Source: Capsulimonadales bacterium
GTDB lineage: Bacteria > Armatimonadota > Armatimonadia > Armatimonadales > Armatimonadaceae
Assembly (NCBI GenBank): GCA_033762295.1
Contig: JANRLW010000110.1
Span: forward strand, 1 to 36,944
Length of the DNA: 36,944 nucleotides
Reading direction: 5' to 3'
Below are positions 7,991 through 16,615 of this stretch, piece by piece; position 1 is the first letter of the stretch; each line of letters starts with the position of its first letter. The notes under the pieces were generated by a model, which saw nothing but the letters and a program-made list of their open reading frames with translations, was not told the origin of the DNA and ran no database searches. The position numbers were made by a program, and so were the translations under genes.

Positions 7991-10273
7991 TCACCCGAGA
8001 AGGGAGGTGATAATTCGGAGGGCGGCTTCCTTGTCCAGAGGTTCGTTGTTGTTGCCGCACTTGGGCGACTGGATACAGGAAGGGCATCCGGATTCGCACG
8101 GGCATTCGGCCAGCAACGTTCGCGTCGCCGACAGCCACTCCTCGATCAGTCGATACCCGGTTTCGGCGATGCCGACCCCGCCCGGATGGGCGTCGTGGAC
8201 GAACACCGCCGGCGCGCCGACCTGCGGATGGTAGGCTGTCGAAACACCGCCGATGTCGTTCCGGTCGCACAGCGCAAACAACGGCAACAGGCCGATTGAG
8301 GCGTGTTCCAGCGCATGAACTCCGCCCGCCAGATCGAGTTCCGCCCGTTCCAAATCGCCGACGAGATCGAACGATAATCCGTACCAGACGGCTTCCGTCT
8401 CAAACTCCTGCTCCGGAAGGTCCAGGTCGTACTGGCCCAGGACCTCCTCACTGTACAACTGCTTCTGCTTGAACCCGACGACCTGCGTTCGGACGATGAC
8501 CGTGCCGAAATACGCCACGCTCGCGCCGAATTCGCGGGAGGCGTAGGTCTCCTTGATCTCGATCTGCGTGTCGATCCGTGGTTCGGTGTAGTAGCTGGCG
8601 GTGGCCGGTCGAACGTGGGCCCGGTAGTTTTCCGTATCGAGCGTTTCGACGACGTAGCCCTCGCCCATGTGCAGGTAGACCGCGCCGGGGTGCAGCGTTT
8701 CGTACGCTCGCGCCTCCTCCACCGTCCCGAGGACCGCGCCGTTCCGGAGATCGTCGAGGATGACGAACTGTTTGGCGGACGCCGACCGGATGTTCAACAG
8801 GCCCGCCGGATACTCGCTGCCCGCGTAGACGATCCGATCACCCCGGTAGGCCAGCGCCCGCTCCTCAATCAGTCGGTGGGTGACATAACGGGCGCGTTCC
8901 CCGCCGAAGAGGTCGAAGTCCCGTTCCGTCAGCGGAACTTCGTAGGCGGCGCAGAGCAGATGCCCGCCCAGGATATGCTTGTTGGTCGGGTCCAGGGTCG
9001 CGTGTTCGTGGGACCGCCCGAAGAAGTACTCCGGCTGACGCATCAGGAACTGGTCGAGCGGATTATCCGCGGCGACCAGCACCGCCAGCGCGTCTCCCTG
9101 ACGGCGTCCGGCCCGGCCCGCCTGCTGCCAGGTGGAGGCGACCGTTCCCGGATACCCCGTCAGCACACAGGCATCGACTCCACCGATATCGACGCCGAGT
9201 TCCAGAGCGTTGGTCGCCGTGACCCCGGTCAGTTCGCCGTTGAACAGGCGGCGTTCTATCTCCCGTCGCTGCGCCGGGGTATAGCCCGCGCGGTAGGAGA
9301 TGATCTTCTGCGCCAGATGTCCGGACGCGACGGTGCTTTCGAGCGCGCGCCGGGAGTACGCCAGCAGCAATTCCGCCGTCTTCCGGGCGCGGGTGAACGC
9401 GATCGTCCGGACGCCGCCCTGCACCAGACTGGTAAAAAGGTTCGTCGCCTCGGCGTTGGACGATTTTCGCGTGCCGGAGGCCGGGTCGAGGATCGGCGGG
9501 TTCCAGAAGACAAAATGCTTGCGTCCGACCGGCGCGCCGTCCCCGCTCACCGACTCGGCTTCCAGGCCGATCAACCGCGCGAACAGTTCGCCGGGGTTGG
9601 CGATCGTGGCAGAGCAGGCGATGAACTGTGGTTTCGCCCCGTACTTCGCGGCGACGCGGCGGAGACGGCGCAGGATATTGGCGACATGCGCTCCGAAAAC
9701 GCCCCGGTAGATATGCGCCTCGTCGACGATGACATACCGGAGATGGCGGAACAGCGTCATCCAGGTCGAATGGTAGGGGAGCATCCCCAGATGCAGCATG
9801 TCCGGGTTGGTGATGACGAGCCGGGCGTATCGCTTGACCCAGGCACGTTCCTCCTTCGGCGTGTCTCCGTCAAAGGTGGCAATCGTGACGTCCGAAGGCA
9901 GCCCGAGCGCATCGAGTTTCCCTCGCTGGTCCTGCGCCAGCGCCTTGGTCGGGAACAGGTAAAGTGCGCGGGCGGTCGGGTCGGACAGGAGGCACTCCAG
10001 CACGGGGGCGTTGTAGCAGAGCGATTTTCCGGAGGCGGTCGGGGTGGTGATGATCAGGTGGAAACCGGACCGGGCCAGGTCGATCGCTTCCGCCTGATGC
10101 CGGTACAGGTCACGAATCCCCTGCGCGGCCAGAGCGTCCGACAGACGGGCCGGAAGCGGGGCGTCCAATGCTCCGTACACGGCCTCGCGCGCCGGTATCT
10201 CTTCGACATGGACGATCTGCCCTTTGTAATCGGAAGATCGTTTCAGGCGGGCCAGGAACTGCTCGGGATTCAC
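7991..10273 (-). CDS. SF2 DEAH helicase with DUF1998/MZB C-terminus (MrfA/SftH/Hrq1 family)
   Basis: Motifs TPTASGKS, PTKALAQDQ, DEAH, SATIANP, TNALELGVDIG, QQAGRAGR, and C-terminal CPCESGCPSC. Confidence 0.93.
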   Translation of the reverse strand: MNPEQFLARLKRSSDYKGQIVHVEEIPAREAVYGALDAPLPARLSDALAAQGIRDLYRHQAEAIDLARSGFHLIITTPTASGKSLCYNAPVLECLLSDPTARALYLFPTKALAQDQRGKLDALGLPSDVTIATFDGDTPKEERAWVKRYARLVITNPDMLHLGMLPYHSTWMTLFRHLRYVIVDEAHIYRGVFGAHVANILRRLRRVAAKYGAKPQFIACSATIANPGELFARLIGLEAESVSGDGAPVGRKHFVFWNPPILDPASGTRKSSNAEATNLFTSLVQGGVRTIAFTRARKTAELLLAYSRRALESTVASGHLAQKIISYRAGYTPAQRREIERRLFNGELTGVTATNALELGVDIGGVDACVLTGYPGTVASTWQQAGRAGRRQGDALAVLVAADNPLDQFLMRQPEYFFGRSHEHATLDPTNKHILGGHLLCAAYEVPLTERDFDLFGGERARYVTHRLIEERALAYRGDRIVYAGSEYPAGLLNIRSASAKQFVILDDLRNGAVLGTVEEARAYETLHPGAVYLHMGEGYVVETLDTENYRAHVRPATASYYTEPRIDTQIEIKETYASREFGASVAYFGTVIVRTQVVGFKQKQLYSEEVLGQYDLDLPEQEFETEAVWYGLSFDLVGDLERAELDLAGGVHALEHASIGLLPLFALCDRNDIGGVSTAYHPQVGAPAVFVHDAHPGGVGIAETGYRLIEEWLSATRTLLAECPCESGCPSCIQSPKCGNNNEPLDKEAALRIITSLLG

Positions 10274-10351
10274 AATGCATTATCCGGCGTTTTCGATACC
10301 GGGGCAAACAGGACATCAAACATTATGCGTCCGTGTCGCTTCAGTTTTTTA

Positions 10352-10578
10352 CGGATCACCCACATACGGTTACAGGGGTATCCGAACGACCAACCGCCGC
10401 AGATCACGACGGCGGGTTACCGATCCCCGCTCTACGCGTCGCGGGGCAGAACACCTCGGTAACAAGTTTCGCGCAGGATAACGTTTTCAGTGACGGAACG
10501 ACGTACCGGATGGCAACGATCACCGGCGATTTGGACGCCGGGTATACGGCCACTCTTACCGTCGGTCTTCAGGCGTAA
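10352..10578 (+). pseudogene. 3-prime relic of an intradiol ring-cleavage dioxygenase-like gene (frameshifted)
   Basis: RITHIRLQGYPND..PPQITTAGYRSPLYASRG in one frame continues, after a 1-nt frameshift at about 10446, as QNTSVTSFAQDNVFSDGTTYRMATITGDLDAGYTATLTVGLQA*. This resembles the C-terminus of intradiol dioxygenase-like proteins. Confidence 0.6.
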
Positions 10579-10604
10579 GCGGTCCGGAAAGGCTGGCGGC
10601 GGGG

Positions 10605-11462
10605 TTACCCGCCGATAGCCTGCACGGTTTCGCCGTCGAACGCGGTGTTGAGACCGACGTCGCGCCACCGGGCGAGTTCGGCTTCCATCGCGGCGCGTTT
10701 TTTCTCCCGGAGGTCGAACGCGTCCGCGCCGAGCATCAAACGAAGCGGGGGATCGTCGCTTTCGATCACCTGAATCATCGCCTGAGCCGCCTTCTGCGGG
10801 TCACCGGGCTGTTTCCCGGCGCTGCCGTACAGATAGTCTCGAATCGGATCGACGACCGGCCGGTACTCCTCCATAACATTCTCAGGGCGCATATTGGAGT
10901 CACCGGCAAACTCGGTCCGGAACGCGCCCGGTTCAACGATCGTCACACGGATTCCGAGCGGCTTGACTTCGTCGCGTAGGGCTTCGGAGAATCCTTCGAC
11001 GGCGAATTTGGTGGCGCAGTAGAGACCGAATCCGCCGACGCTGACGACGCCGCCGACCGAGGTAATGTTGAGGATATGGCCGGAGCGTTGCCGCCGGAAG
11101 AGAGGGAGGGCATCACGCGTCATTTCCAGGACGCCGAAAAAATTGACCTCGAACTGACGGCGAATCTGTTCGGAAGAGAACTCTTCGACCGCGCCGACGC
11201 TTCCCTGCCCGGCGTTATTGATCAGTACATCCAACCGCCCGAAGCGTTCGACGGTGGCATCAAGCGCGGCGCGGCGTTGTCCCGGGTCCGTCACGTCCAG
11301 TCGAACCGAAAGGGTCCGGTCGGGATAGTTTTCGGCGAGATCCACGGTCGTTTCAGGCCTTCGCGCCGTGAGAACCACGCAATCGCCGTGTTCCAGTGCC
11401 GCTTCCGCCAGAGCGCGGCCGAATCCGCTGCTCGTCCCCGTGATCAGAAAGATTTTTGACAT
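10605..11462 (-). CDS. Short-chain dehydrogenase/reductase
   Basis: Motifs TGTSSGFG, NNAG, YCATK (YxxxK), VEPGAFRT. Confidence 0.93.
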   Translation of the reverse strand: MSKIFLITGTSSGFGRALAEAALEHGDCVVLTARRPETTVDLAENYPDRTLSVRLDVTDPGQRRAALDATVERFGRLDVLINNAGQGSVGAVEEFSSEQIRRQFEVNFFGVLEMTRDALPLFRRQRSGHILNITSVGGVVSVGGFGLYCATKFAVEGFSEALRDEVKPLGIRVTIVEPGAFRTEFAGDSNMRPENVMEEYRPVVDPIRDYLYGSAGKQPGDPQKAAQAMIQVIESDDPPLRLMLGADAFDLREKKRAAMEAELARWRDVGLNTAFDGETVQAIGG

Positions 11463-11535
11463 ACTCGGTGTGTCCTTTCCTCGACTCCGTTCGATTCCGA
11501 GGGAAGTGTACCCGCGCGGACCCGGGAACCGGTCG

Positions 11536-11955
11536 TCAGGTGGACGGTGAGGACTGTGAGAGGGACTGTCGATCGTAATTTCGGACGATCATTCCGTTCC
11601 AGCGGCGAAACCCGAGGCGTTCGTAAAACGGGTTCAGATGTTCGTCGCAGATCAGGTCGATCATATAGAGGTCGCGCAGTCGGTCGAGCATCCGTCGGAC
11701 GAGTTCCGAACCGATGCCCCGTCCCTGACCTTCGGGACGAACTTCCAGGTGGGGGATATACGCGGCCGAAACGCCGTCGGTGATGGCGGTGATATATCCA
11801 AGCACCCGACCGTCCTCCTCCAGGGCGACCACGACGTGATCGCTTCCCCGGAGCACCGCCAGGATGGCGGCGGGGGAGGGAGGGGTTCCCCAGTGGGAGA
11901 AAAGGCCCGTGACATGGGCCTCCGTGATGTTGTCGACGGAGTCGGCGTAACGCAT
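11536..11955 (-). CDS. GNAT family N-acetyltransferase
   Basis: LEVRPEGQGRGIGSEL (motif A) and FYERLGF. Confidence 0.9.
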   Translation of the reverse strand: MRYADSVDNITEAHVTGLFSHWGTPPSPAAILAVLRGSDHVVVALEEDGRVLGYITAITDGVSAAYIPHLEVRPEGQGRGIGSELVRRMLDRLRDLYMIDLICDEHLNPFYERLGFRRWNGMIVRNYDRQSLSQSSPST

Positions 11956-12016
11956 GATCGGACCTCCGGGCGAGTGCCTCCCGCGCGTTCTCGGCGGGAG
12001 GCGGGAAAGCGGACGA

Positions 12017-13147
12017 TCAGCGGACGAAGGCGCGGTACTCGGTCGTCTGGCGGTAGGTTTCGCCGGGACGGAGAATCACCGACGGGAACTTCGGCTGGTT
12101 GATCGAGTCCGGGTAGTGCTGCGCTTCAAGACAAAAGCCGTTTCGGACCCCGTAGACGGTACCCCCTTTGCCCGTCAGGGTGCCGTCGAGGTAGTTGCCG
12201 GTATAGAACTGGAACCCCGGTTCGGTCGTATGCATCTCCAGCACGCGGCCGGTCGTCGGTTCGTAGACGCGCGCCGCGAACGTCAGACCCGCCCCGCCGT
12301 TTTCCACGATCAGGTTATGGTCATAGCCGTAGGGATCGCCGCCGGTTTCCCGGATACGTTCGCCGATGGTATGCGGCGTCAGAAAGTCGAACGGCGTACC
12401 GACGACCGACGCGATCTCACCGGTCGGGATCGATGTCGGATCCACCGGGGTATATCGGGTCGCGTTGAACAGAACCTCATGACCGAGCACGTCCCCCTTG
12501 CCGGCCAGGTTGAAGTACGCATGGTGCGTCAGGTTCACGGGGGTCGCTCTGTCGGTTTTCGCCGTGTATTCGATCCGCAGGGCGTTGCGGTCGGTCAGGG
12601 TATAGACGACGGTGACATCGAGATTGCCGGGGTAGCCTTCCTCGCCGTCCTTGCTGCGGTAGGTGAGCGCCAGCGACGGTCCCTCGGGGTTCTGTCGGAT
12701 CTCCGGCTTCCAGACCTGCTTATCGAATCCCTTCACGCCGCCGTGCAGGTGGTTGGGGCCGTTGTTCACCGCCAGGGTATATTCCTTGCCATCCAGCGAA
12801 AACTTGCCTTTGGCGATCCGGTTGGCGACACGTCCGGTGAGCGCGCCGAAGAACGGATGCCCCTTGAGATAGGCGGCCAGGTTGTCGAACCCGAGCGTGA
12901 TGTCGCCGGGTTTGCCGGTTCGGTCCGGAGTATGAAACTCCGTCAGAATTCCGCCGTAGGTCATGACGCGGGCGACGAGTCCGTTTTTATTGGTCAGAGT
13001 GAACAGGTCGATCCTGGTCCCATCTTCGAGCTTGCCGAAGTCAGCGCGGACGATACCGCTTTGCGTCCGGGCGGAGGCGGTGTCAGCGGGCAGGGTCATA
13101 AGCAGGGTTCCTACAGCGAGGGCCAGTGCGATGGTGGTTATCCGCAT
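12017..13147 (-). CDS. galM: Aldose 1-epimerase (galactose mutarotase) with Sec signal peptide
   Basis: Motifs GRVANRI, NHLHGG, NLTHHAYFNL, YDHN, FQFYTGN, GFCLEAQ. N-terminal hydrophobic signal ends ASA. Confidence 0.92.
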   Translation of the reverse strand: MRITTIALALAVGTLLMTLPADTASARTQSGIVRADFGKLEDGTRIDLFTLTNKNGLVARVMTYGGILTEFHTPDRTGKPGDITLGFDNLAAYLKGHPFFGALTGRVANRIAKGKFSLDGKEYTLAVNNGPNHLHGGVKGFDKQVWKPEIRQNPEGPSLALTYRSKDGEEGYPGNLDVTVVYTLTDRNALRIEYTAKTDRATPVNLTHHAYFNLAGKGDVLGHEVLFNATRYTPVDPTSIPTGEIASVVGTPFDFLTPHTIGERIRETGGDPYGYDHNLIVENGGAGLTFAARVYEPTTGRVLEMHTTEPGFQFYTGNYLDGTLTGKGGTVYGVRNGFCLEAQHYPDSINQPKFPSVILRPGETYRQTTEYRAFVR

Positions 13148-13167
13148 GGAATGAACATCCTCACCTT

Positions 13168-13203
13168 TGTGATTTCATCTGTGATTTCATCTGTGATTTC
13201 ATC
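13168..13203. repeat. Perfect tandem repeat (TGTGATTTCATC)x3
   Basis: Three exact 12-bp copies at 13168, 13180 and 13192, immediately upstream of the galM SD. Confidence 0.95.
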
Positions 13204-13308
13204 GACCGGTGCGGAAAGCGGCCGGTGACGGAGGTTGTTTCCCGCCGGAGGCGCAAAATCCCTGCATCCGTCCGTCGTGCCGGCGACCGAACGCGCGAAA
13301 ACGACAAT

Positions 13309-13341
13309 TTCTCCCGCGAACGTGCGGTGTTCGCGGGAGAA
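13309..13341 (-). terminator. 13-bp stem-loop downstream of ANTAR gene, probable terminator
   Basis: TTCTCCCGCGAAC-7nt-GTTCGCGGGAGAA, with only a weak U-rich tail on the minus strand. Confidence 0.55.
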
Positions 13342-13364
13342 GCGGGGCGTGAGCGGAGTTTGGA

Positions 13365-13940
13365 TTATACGGAATTGGCGATGATGATCGCCTCGGCGAT
13401 CTCCCGCATCGATTTGCGGGTATTCATGCTCTGGACCTGGATGCGACGGAAGGCGTCCTGTTCCTTCAGGCCGTACTGATCCATCAGAATCCCTTTGGCG
13501 CGGTCGACCGCTTTGCGGGTTTCCAACCGTTCCTCCAGGGTGGCCACTTCCTTCTCCATGTCGATAAACTCTTCGTACCGGGCGATGGCGATCTCGATCG
13601 CGGGCATCAGGTCGGCTTCCTTGAACGGTTTGACCAGATACGCGAAGACGCCGGCATCCCGGGCGCGTTCCACCAGATCCTTCTGCGAGTAGGCCGTCAG
13701 CAGAAGGACCGGGGCGATCCCCTCGGTGGAGATGACCTTGGCCGCGTCGATTCCGTCCATACCCGGCATCTTGATGTCGAGGATCGCAACGTCCGGCTTC
13801 AACTCGCGGGTCATTTCGACCGCCTGTGCGCCATCTCCGGCCTCACCGATGACGATGTGGCCCATGTTCTCCAGCGTGCGTCGCAGGTCAAGCCGGATGA
13901 TCGGCTCATCGTCTGCGATTACGATACGCAGAGGTTCCAC
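13365..13940 (-). CDS. Response regulator with REC and ANTAR domains (PdtaR/EutV-like)
   Basis: IVIADDE, LDIKMP, LTAYS, YLVKP, and ANTAR ETRKAVDRAKGILM...AFRRIQVQSMNTRKSMREIAEAII. GTG start at 13940 with SD GGGAGG. Confidence 0.93.
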   Translation of the reverse strand: MEPLRIVIADDEPIIRLDLRRTLENMGHIVIGEAGDGAQAVEMTRELKPDVAILDIKMPGMDGIDAAKVISTEGIAPVLLLTAYSQKDLVERARDAGVFAYLVKPFKEADLMPAIEIAIARYEEFIDMEKEVATLEERLETRKAVDRAKGILMDQYGLKEQDAFRRIQVQSMNTRKSMREIAEAIIIANSV

Positions 13941-14065
13941 TATACTAACCCTCCCGGTTTCGTCCTCTCCGTTCGACGGAAAGGCCATTATGGTCGAGCG
14001 TCCCGAATCGGGCCGAAGGCCGTTTTGCGGAACGCATGGTTTGCCAAAAATTGTATGGTTTAAGG

Positions 14066-14215
14066 TAAGATTCCGACGAAACGGAGCGAAGAGCCCGGAT
14101 CGGAATCAGTGTACCCGGTTAACGGTCCGTTACCGTCCTTCAGACATCGCGCCACGCCAAAGGTTACGGTCCTTCAGGCAAAGGTCGCCCGCGGATCAAC
14201 TGCCGGCGCAATGTA
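14066..14215 (-). ncRNA. Candidate structured RNA / long leader with tandem CCUUUG...CUGAAGGAC(C/G)GUAAC hairpin units
   Basis: Lies downstream of a near-consensus promoter. Two related hairpins sit inside an outer stem, with G-U pairs only on the minus strand. Confidence 0.4.
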
Positions 14216-14221
14216 ATGCGG

Positions 14222-14250
14222 ATTGTATACCGAGTTCGGTTTGCCTGCAA
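14222..14250 (-). promoter_or_regulatory. Sigma70-type promoter TTGCAG-17-TACAAT
   Basis: Minus strand reads TTGCAG gcaaaccgaactcggta TACAAT. Confidence 0.65.
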
Positions 14251-14296
14251 ACCCACGCCCGGGCAAATGGAAACGGCAGGCTTGGAAAAGGGAAAA

Positions 14297-15550
14297 ATGT
14301 CAACATTGATTCCAACGATCTGGTACGACGACCGTTCGGAAACCTCCGTCGTTTCCGAAACCGGAAACGTACTGCTCTGGGCGGCGGTCGCATTCCTGCT
14401 CACCCTGGCCAACCGCTTCGCCGGGTATGTGATTCCGATCCCCGCGGCCGGGACCCTCCTCAGTCACCTGTTCGCGCTATTATACCTTGCCCTCCTGCTC
14501 CTCGCCCTTCTGCAAACCGCCCGGTATGCGGCGCGGCTGCCGGTCTCGACCGCGATGCTGGCGATTGTCGGCGTACTGCTGGCGTTCCCGATGGGCGTGG
14601 TCCTTCTGCTGCAGCAAAACCGAATTCCCCCGACCCCGTTTCTGCATCTGACGGCCAACAATCTGTTTCTGCCGATCGCGGCGGCCCTGGTCGGCGCGGC
14701 GATCGGACGGATCATCCGCCATCCGAACACGCTTCTGGCGGCCGCCGGGTTCTCGCTGTTCTTCGATATCGTCGTGGTCACCATGGGCACGGTCGCCCAG
14801 CTGATGCGGACCGGGAACAGCGCGATTATCGCCGCGGTTTCGGTCGGAGCCGGTTCGACGCCGGTGCCCGGCGCGCCGCTCTCGAAGGTGCAGCTTCCCG
14901 ACCCGATCTCCGGCGTCACAATCGGTCCCGCCGACGTCCTGTTTCTGGCGCTGTTCCAGTCCGCCGTCCATCGGATGGACCTGTCGCGACGTGCCACCTT
15001 CGCCTGGATGTTCGCACTGCTGATGCTCGCCCTGGCCATCGTCGAATTCTTTTACCTGCCGATACCGGCGCTGGTCCCGATGGGAATCGCGGTGCTGGTC
15101 GCCAACCTGCGCCACGGGGCATTCACGCCCCGCGAGAAGCGGGACCTGATCATCGGCGGAGTCTTCGCCGTTTTCTGCGCCTCCCTCATTATCGGCGGTG
15201 CGCGTTTCCTGATCAAGCCCTCCCAGGCGGTGAAGCCGGAGTTCCGAATCGAGCCGATCTCGGCGGTCGGACCGATCATCGTCGCCGAAGTGACCAAAGG
15301 GTCCGTCGCTGAAAAGGCGGGAGTTCGGCCCGGTGACGCTCTGTACGGCTTCAACGGAAAGGACCCGATGCGACTGACCTATGCGGAACTGGAGGAGGCC
15401 TGGGAGAAGGCGCGGCGGGACGGCATCCGCCTGAAACTGAAGCACATGAACAAGGGACCCATGCTCGATATCAACCTCCGTTATGACGGGACACCGCCCG
15501 GCGGCGGTTCGGACGGTGCCGGAAACGAAGAGAGGAAACCTGAGCGATGA
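14297..15550 (+). CDS. Polytopic membrane protein with presenilin/SPP-like aspartyl protease motifs and C-terminal PDZ domain
   Basis: Roughly 9-10 hydrophobic segments. FFD (Asp codon 14765), IGPAD (Asp codon 14933), IPALVP (15062-15079). PDZ-like IIVAEVTKGSVAEKAGVRPGDALYGFNG. Confidence 0.75.
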   Translation: MSTLIPTIWYDDRSETSVVSETGNVLLWAAVAFLLTLANRFAGYVIPIPAAGTLLSHLFALLYLALLLLALLQTARYAARLPVSTAMLAIVGVLLAFPMGVVLLLQQNRIPPTPFLHLTANNLFLPIAAALVGAAIGRIIRHPNTLLAAAGFSLFFDIVVVTMGTVAQLMRTGNSAIIAAVSVGAGSTPVPGAPLSKVQLPDPISGVTIGPADVLFLALFQSAVHRMDLSRRATFAWMFALLMLALAIVEFFYLPIPALVPMGIAVLVANLRHGAFTPREKRDLIIGGVFAVFCASLIIGGARFLIKPSQAVKPEFRIEPISAVGPIIVAEVTKGSVAEKAGVRPGDALYGFNGKDPMRLTYAELEEAWEKARRDGIRLKLKHMNKGPMLDINLRYDGTPPGGGSDGAGNEERKPER

Positions 15551-15619
15551 GACCGGGGGAAGCAACCGGAAACGAGATCGACGGTCAAACCTTTCGGAAA
15601 ATGATCCAAGGAGTGTGCC

Positions 15620-16600
15620 ATGAGCAATGAAGGGGGCAGTAAACTCGGTCTGATCGACCCCGAGACCGCCACACAGAGAACCCGGTCCGGCTACGACAGC
15701 CCGACCTTCACGGAGACAACGGCCCGGACCGCTGTCCCGACGCTGACCGGCGCCACACAGGAACGGCTGCGCGGCGCACTGCCCGGTGCGCCCGCCGTGA
15801 TCCTGATGGTCCTGCTGCCGATTTTTGCCATCCTTTCGTTCTTCGGAGGGGGGGTGGGCGCGATGGGCGGCATCTTTCTCACGATCCTCTGGTTTTTCCT
15901 GATGAACGGGTTCTTCACCGTCGAACCGAACGGCAGCAAGGTCCTGATGCTCTTCGGAAAGTACCAAGGGACGGTCAAGGACAACGGCTTTTTCCTGACC
16001 AATCCGTTCGTGGTCAAGCGGTCGATATCCCTGCGCGCGCGGACGCTGAACGGCGACAAGATCAAGGTGAACGATGCGGTCGGCAACCCGATCGAGATCG
16101 CGGCGGTCATTGTCTGGCAGGTCCAGGATACCTATCGCGCCTGCTTCGAGGTCGAGGATTACGAGCAGTATGTCCGCCTCCAGGCGGAGACCGCCGTCCG
16201 CCATATGGCGACCCAGTACCCGTACGATGCGGAGGACGAGCACCTTTCCCTGCGCCGGAACACCGAGGAGGTCAGCGAGGCGCTGCGCCGCGAACTTGAT
16301 GAGAAACTCGCCCGGGCAGGCGTCCATGTACTGGAAGCGCGTCTTTCCCACCTGGCCTATGCCCCGGAGATCGCCTCGGCGATGCTGCGTCGTCAGCAGG
16401 CGGCGGCGGTGATCGCCGCCCGCCAGCGGATCGTCGAAGGCGCGGTCGGCATGGTGGAGATGGCCCTCCATCGTCTGGAAGAGCACGAAACCGTTGCGAT
16501 GACCCCGGACAACAAGGCGGCGCTGGTCTCCAACCTCCTGGTGGTGCTATGCAGCGAACAGTCGGCGCACCCGGTCGTCAACGCCAGCACGCAGTCATGA
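15620..16600 (+). CDS. SPFH/band 7 domain membrane protein
   Basis: Two N-terminal TMs, then FGKYQGT, KVNDAVGNPIEIAAVIVW, LAYAPEIASAMLRRQQA, LVSNLLVVLC. SD AAGGAG. Confidence 0.92.
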   Translation: MSNEGGSKLGLIDPETATQRTRSGYDSPTFTETTARTAVPTLTGATQERLRGALPGAPAVILMVLLPIFAILSFFGGGVGAMGGIFLTILWFFLMNGFFTVEPNGSKVLMLFGKYQGTVKDNGFFLTNPFVVKRSISLRARTLNGDKIKVNDAVGNPIEIAAVIVWQVQDTYRACFEVEDYEQYVRLQAETAVRHMATQYPYDAEDEHLSLRRNTEEVSEALRRELDEKLARAGVHVLEARLSHLAYAPEIASAMLRRQQAAAVIAARQRIVEGAVGMVEMALHRLEEHETVAMTPDNKAALVSNLLVVLCSEQSAHPVVNASTQS

Positions 16601-16615
16601 TCGGGAAGACGACCG

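Noticed and set aside
7917..8270. N-terminal extension of PheT in the ORF track
   Set aside because: It overlaps the helicase 3-prime end. The typical PheT start (MRIPAVWLREFV), an SD and a promoter are all at 7916-7953.
7991..10273. DUF1998 helicase as part of a defence system (DISARM/Druantia)
   Set aside because: It is a single MrfA/Hrq1-type gene with no methylase, PLD nuclease or other defence partners nearby.
13168..13203. Possible CRISPR array or iteron
   Set aside because: The repeats are 12 bp, contiguous and spacerless, with no cas or rep genes nearby.
14129..14185. Resemblance of CTTCAGGCAAAGG to a glycine riboswitch 3-prime end, and of CTGAAGG to the glnA glutamine riboswitch
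   Set aside because: The other required conserved elements (GGAGA/CCGAAG for glycine, CGUU...GGAAGUA for glnA) are absent. It is kept only as an unclassified RNA candidate.
13726..15312. 528-aa plus-strand Arg/Pro-rich ORF
   Set aside because: Alternative-frame overlap of the membrane protease gene and antisense to the ANTAR gene, with GC-frame composition.
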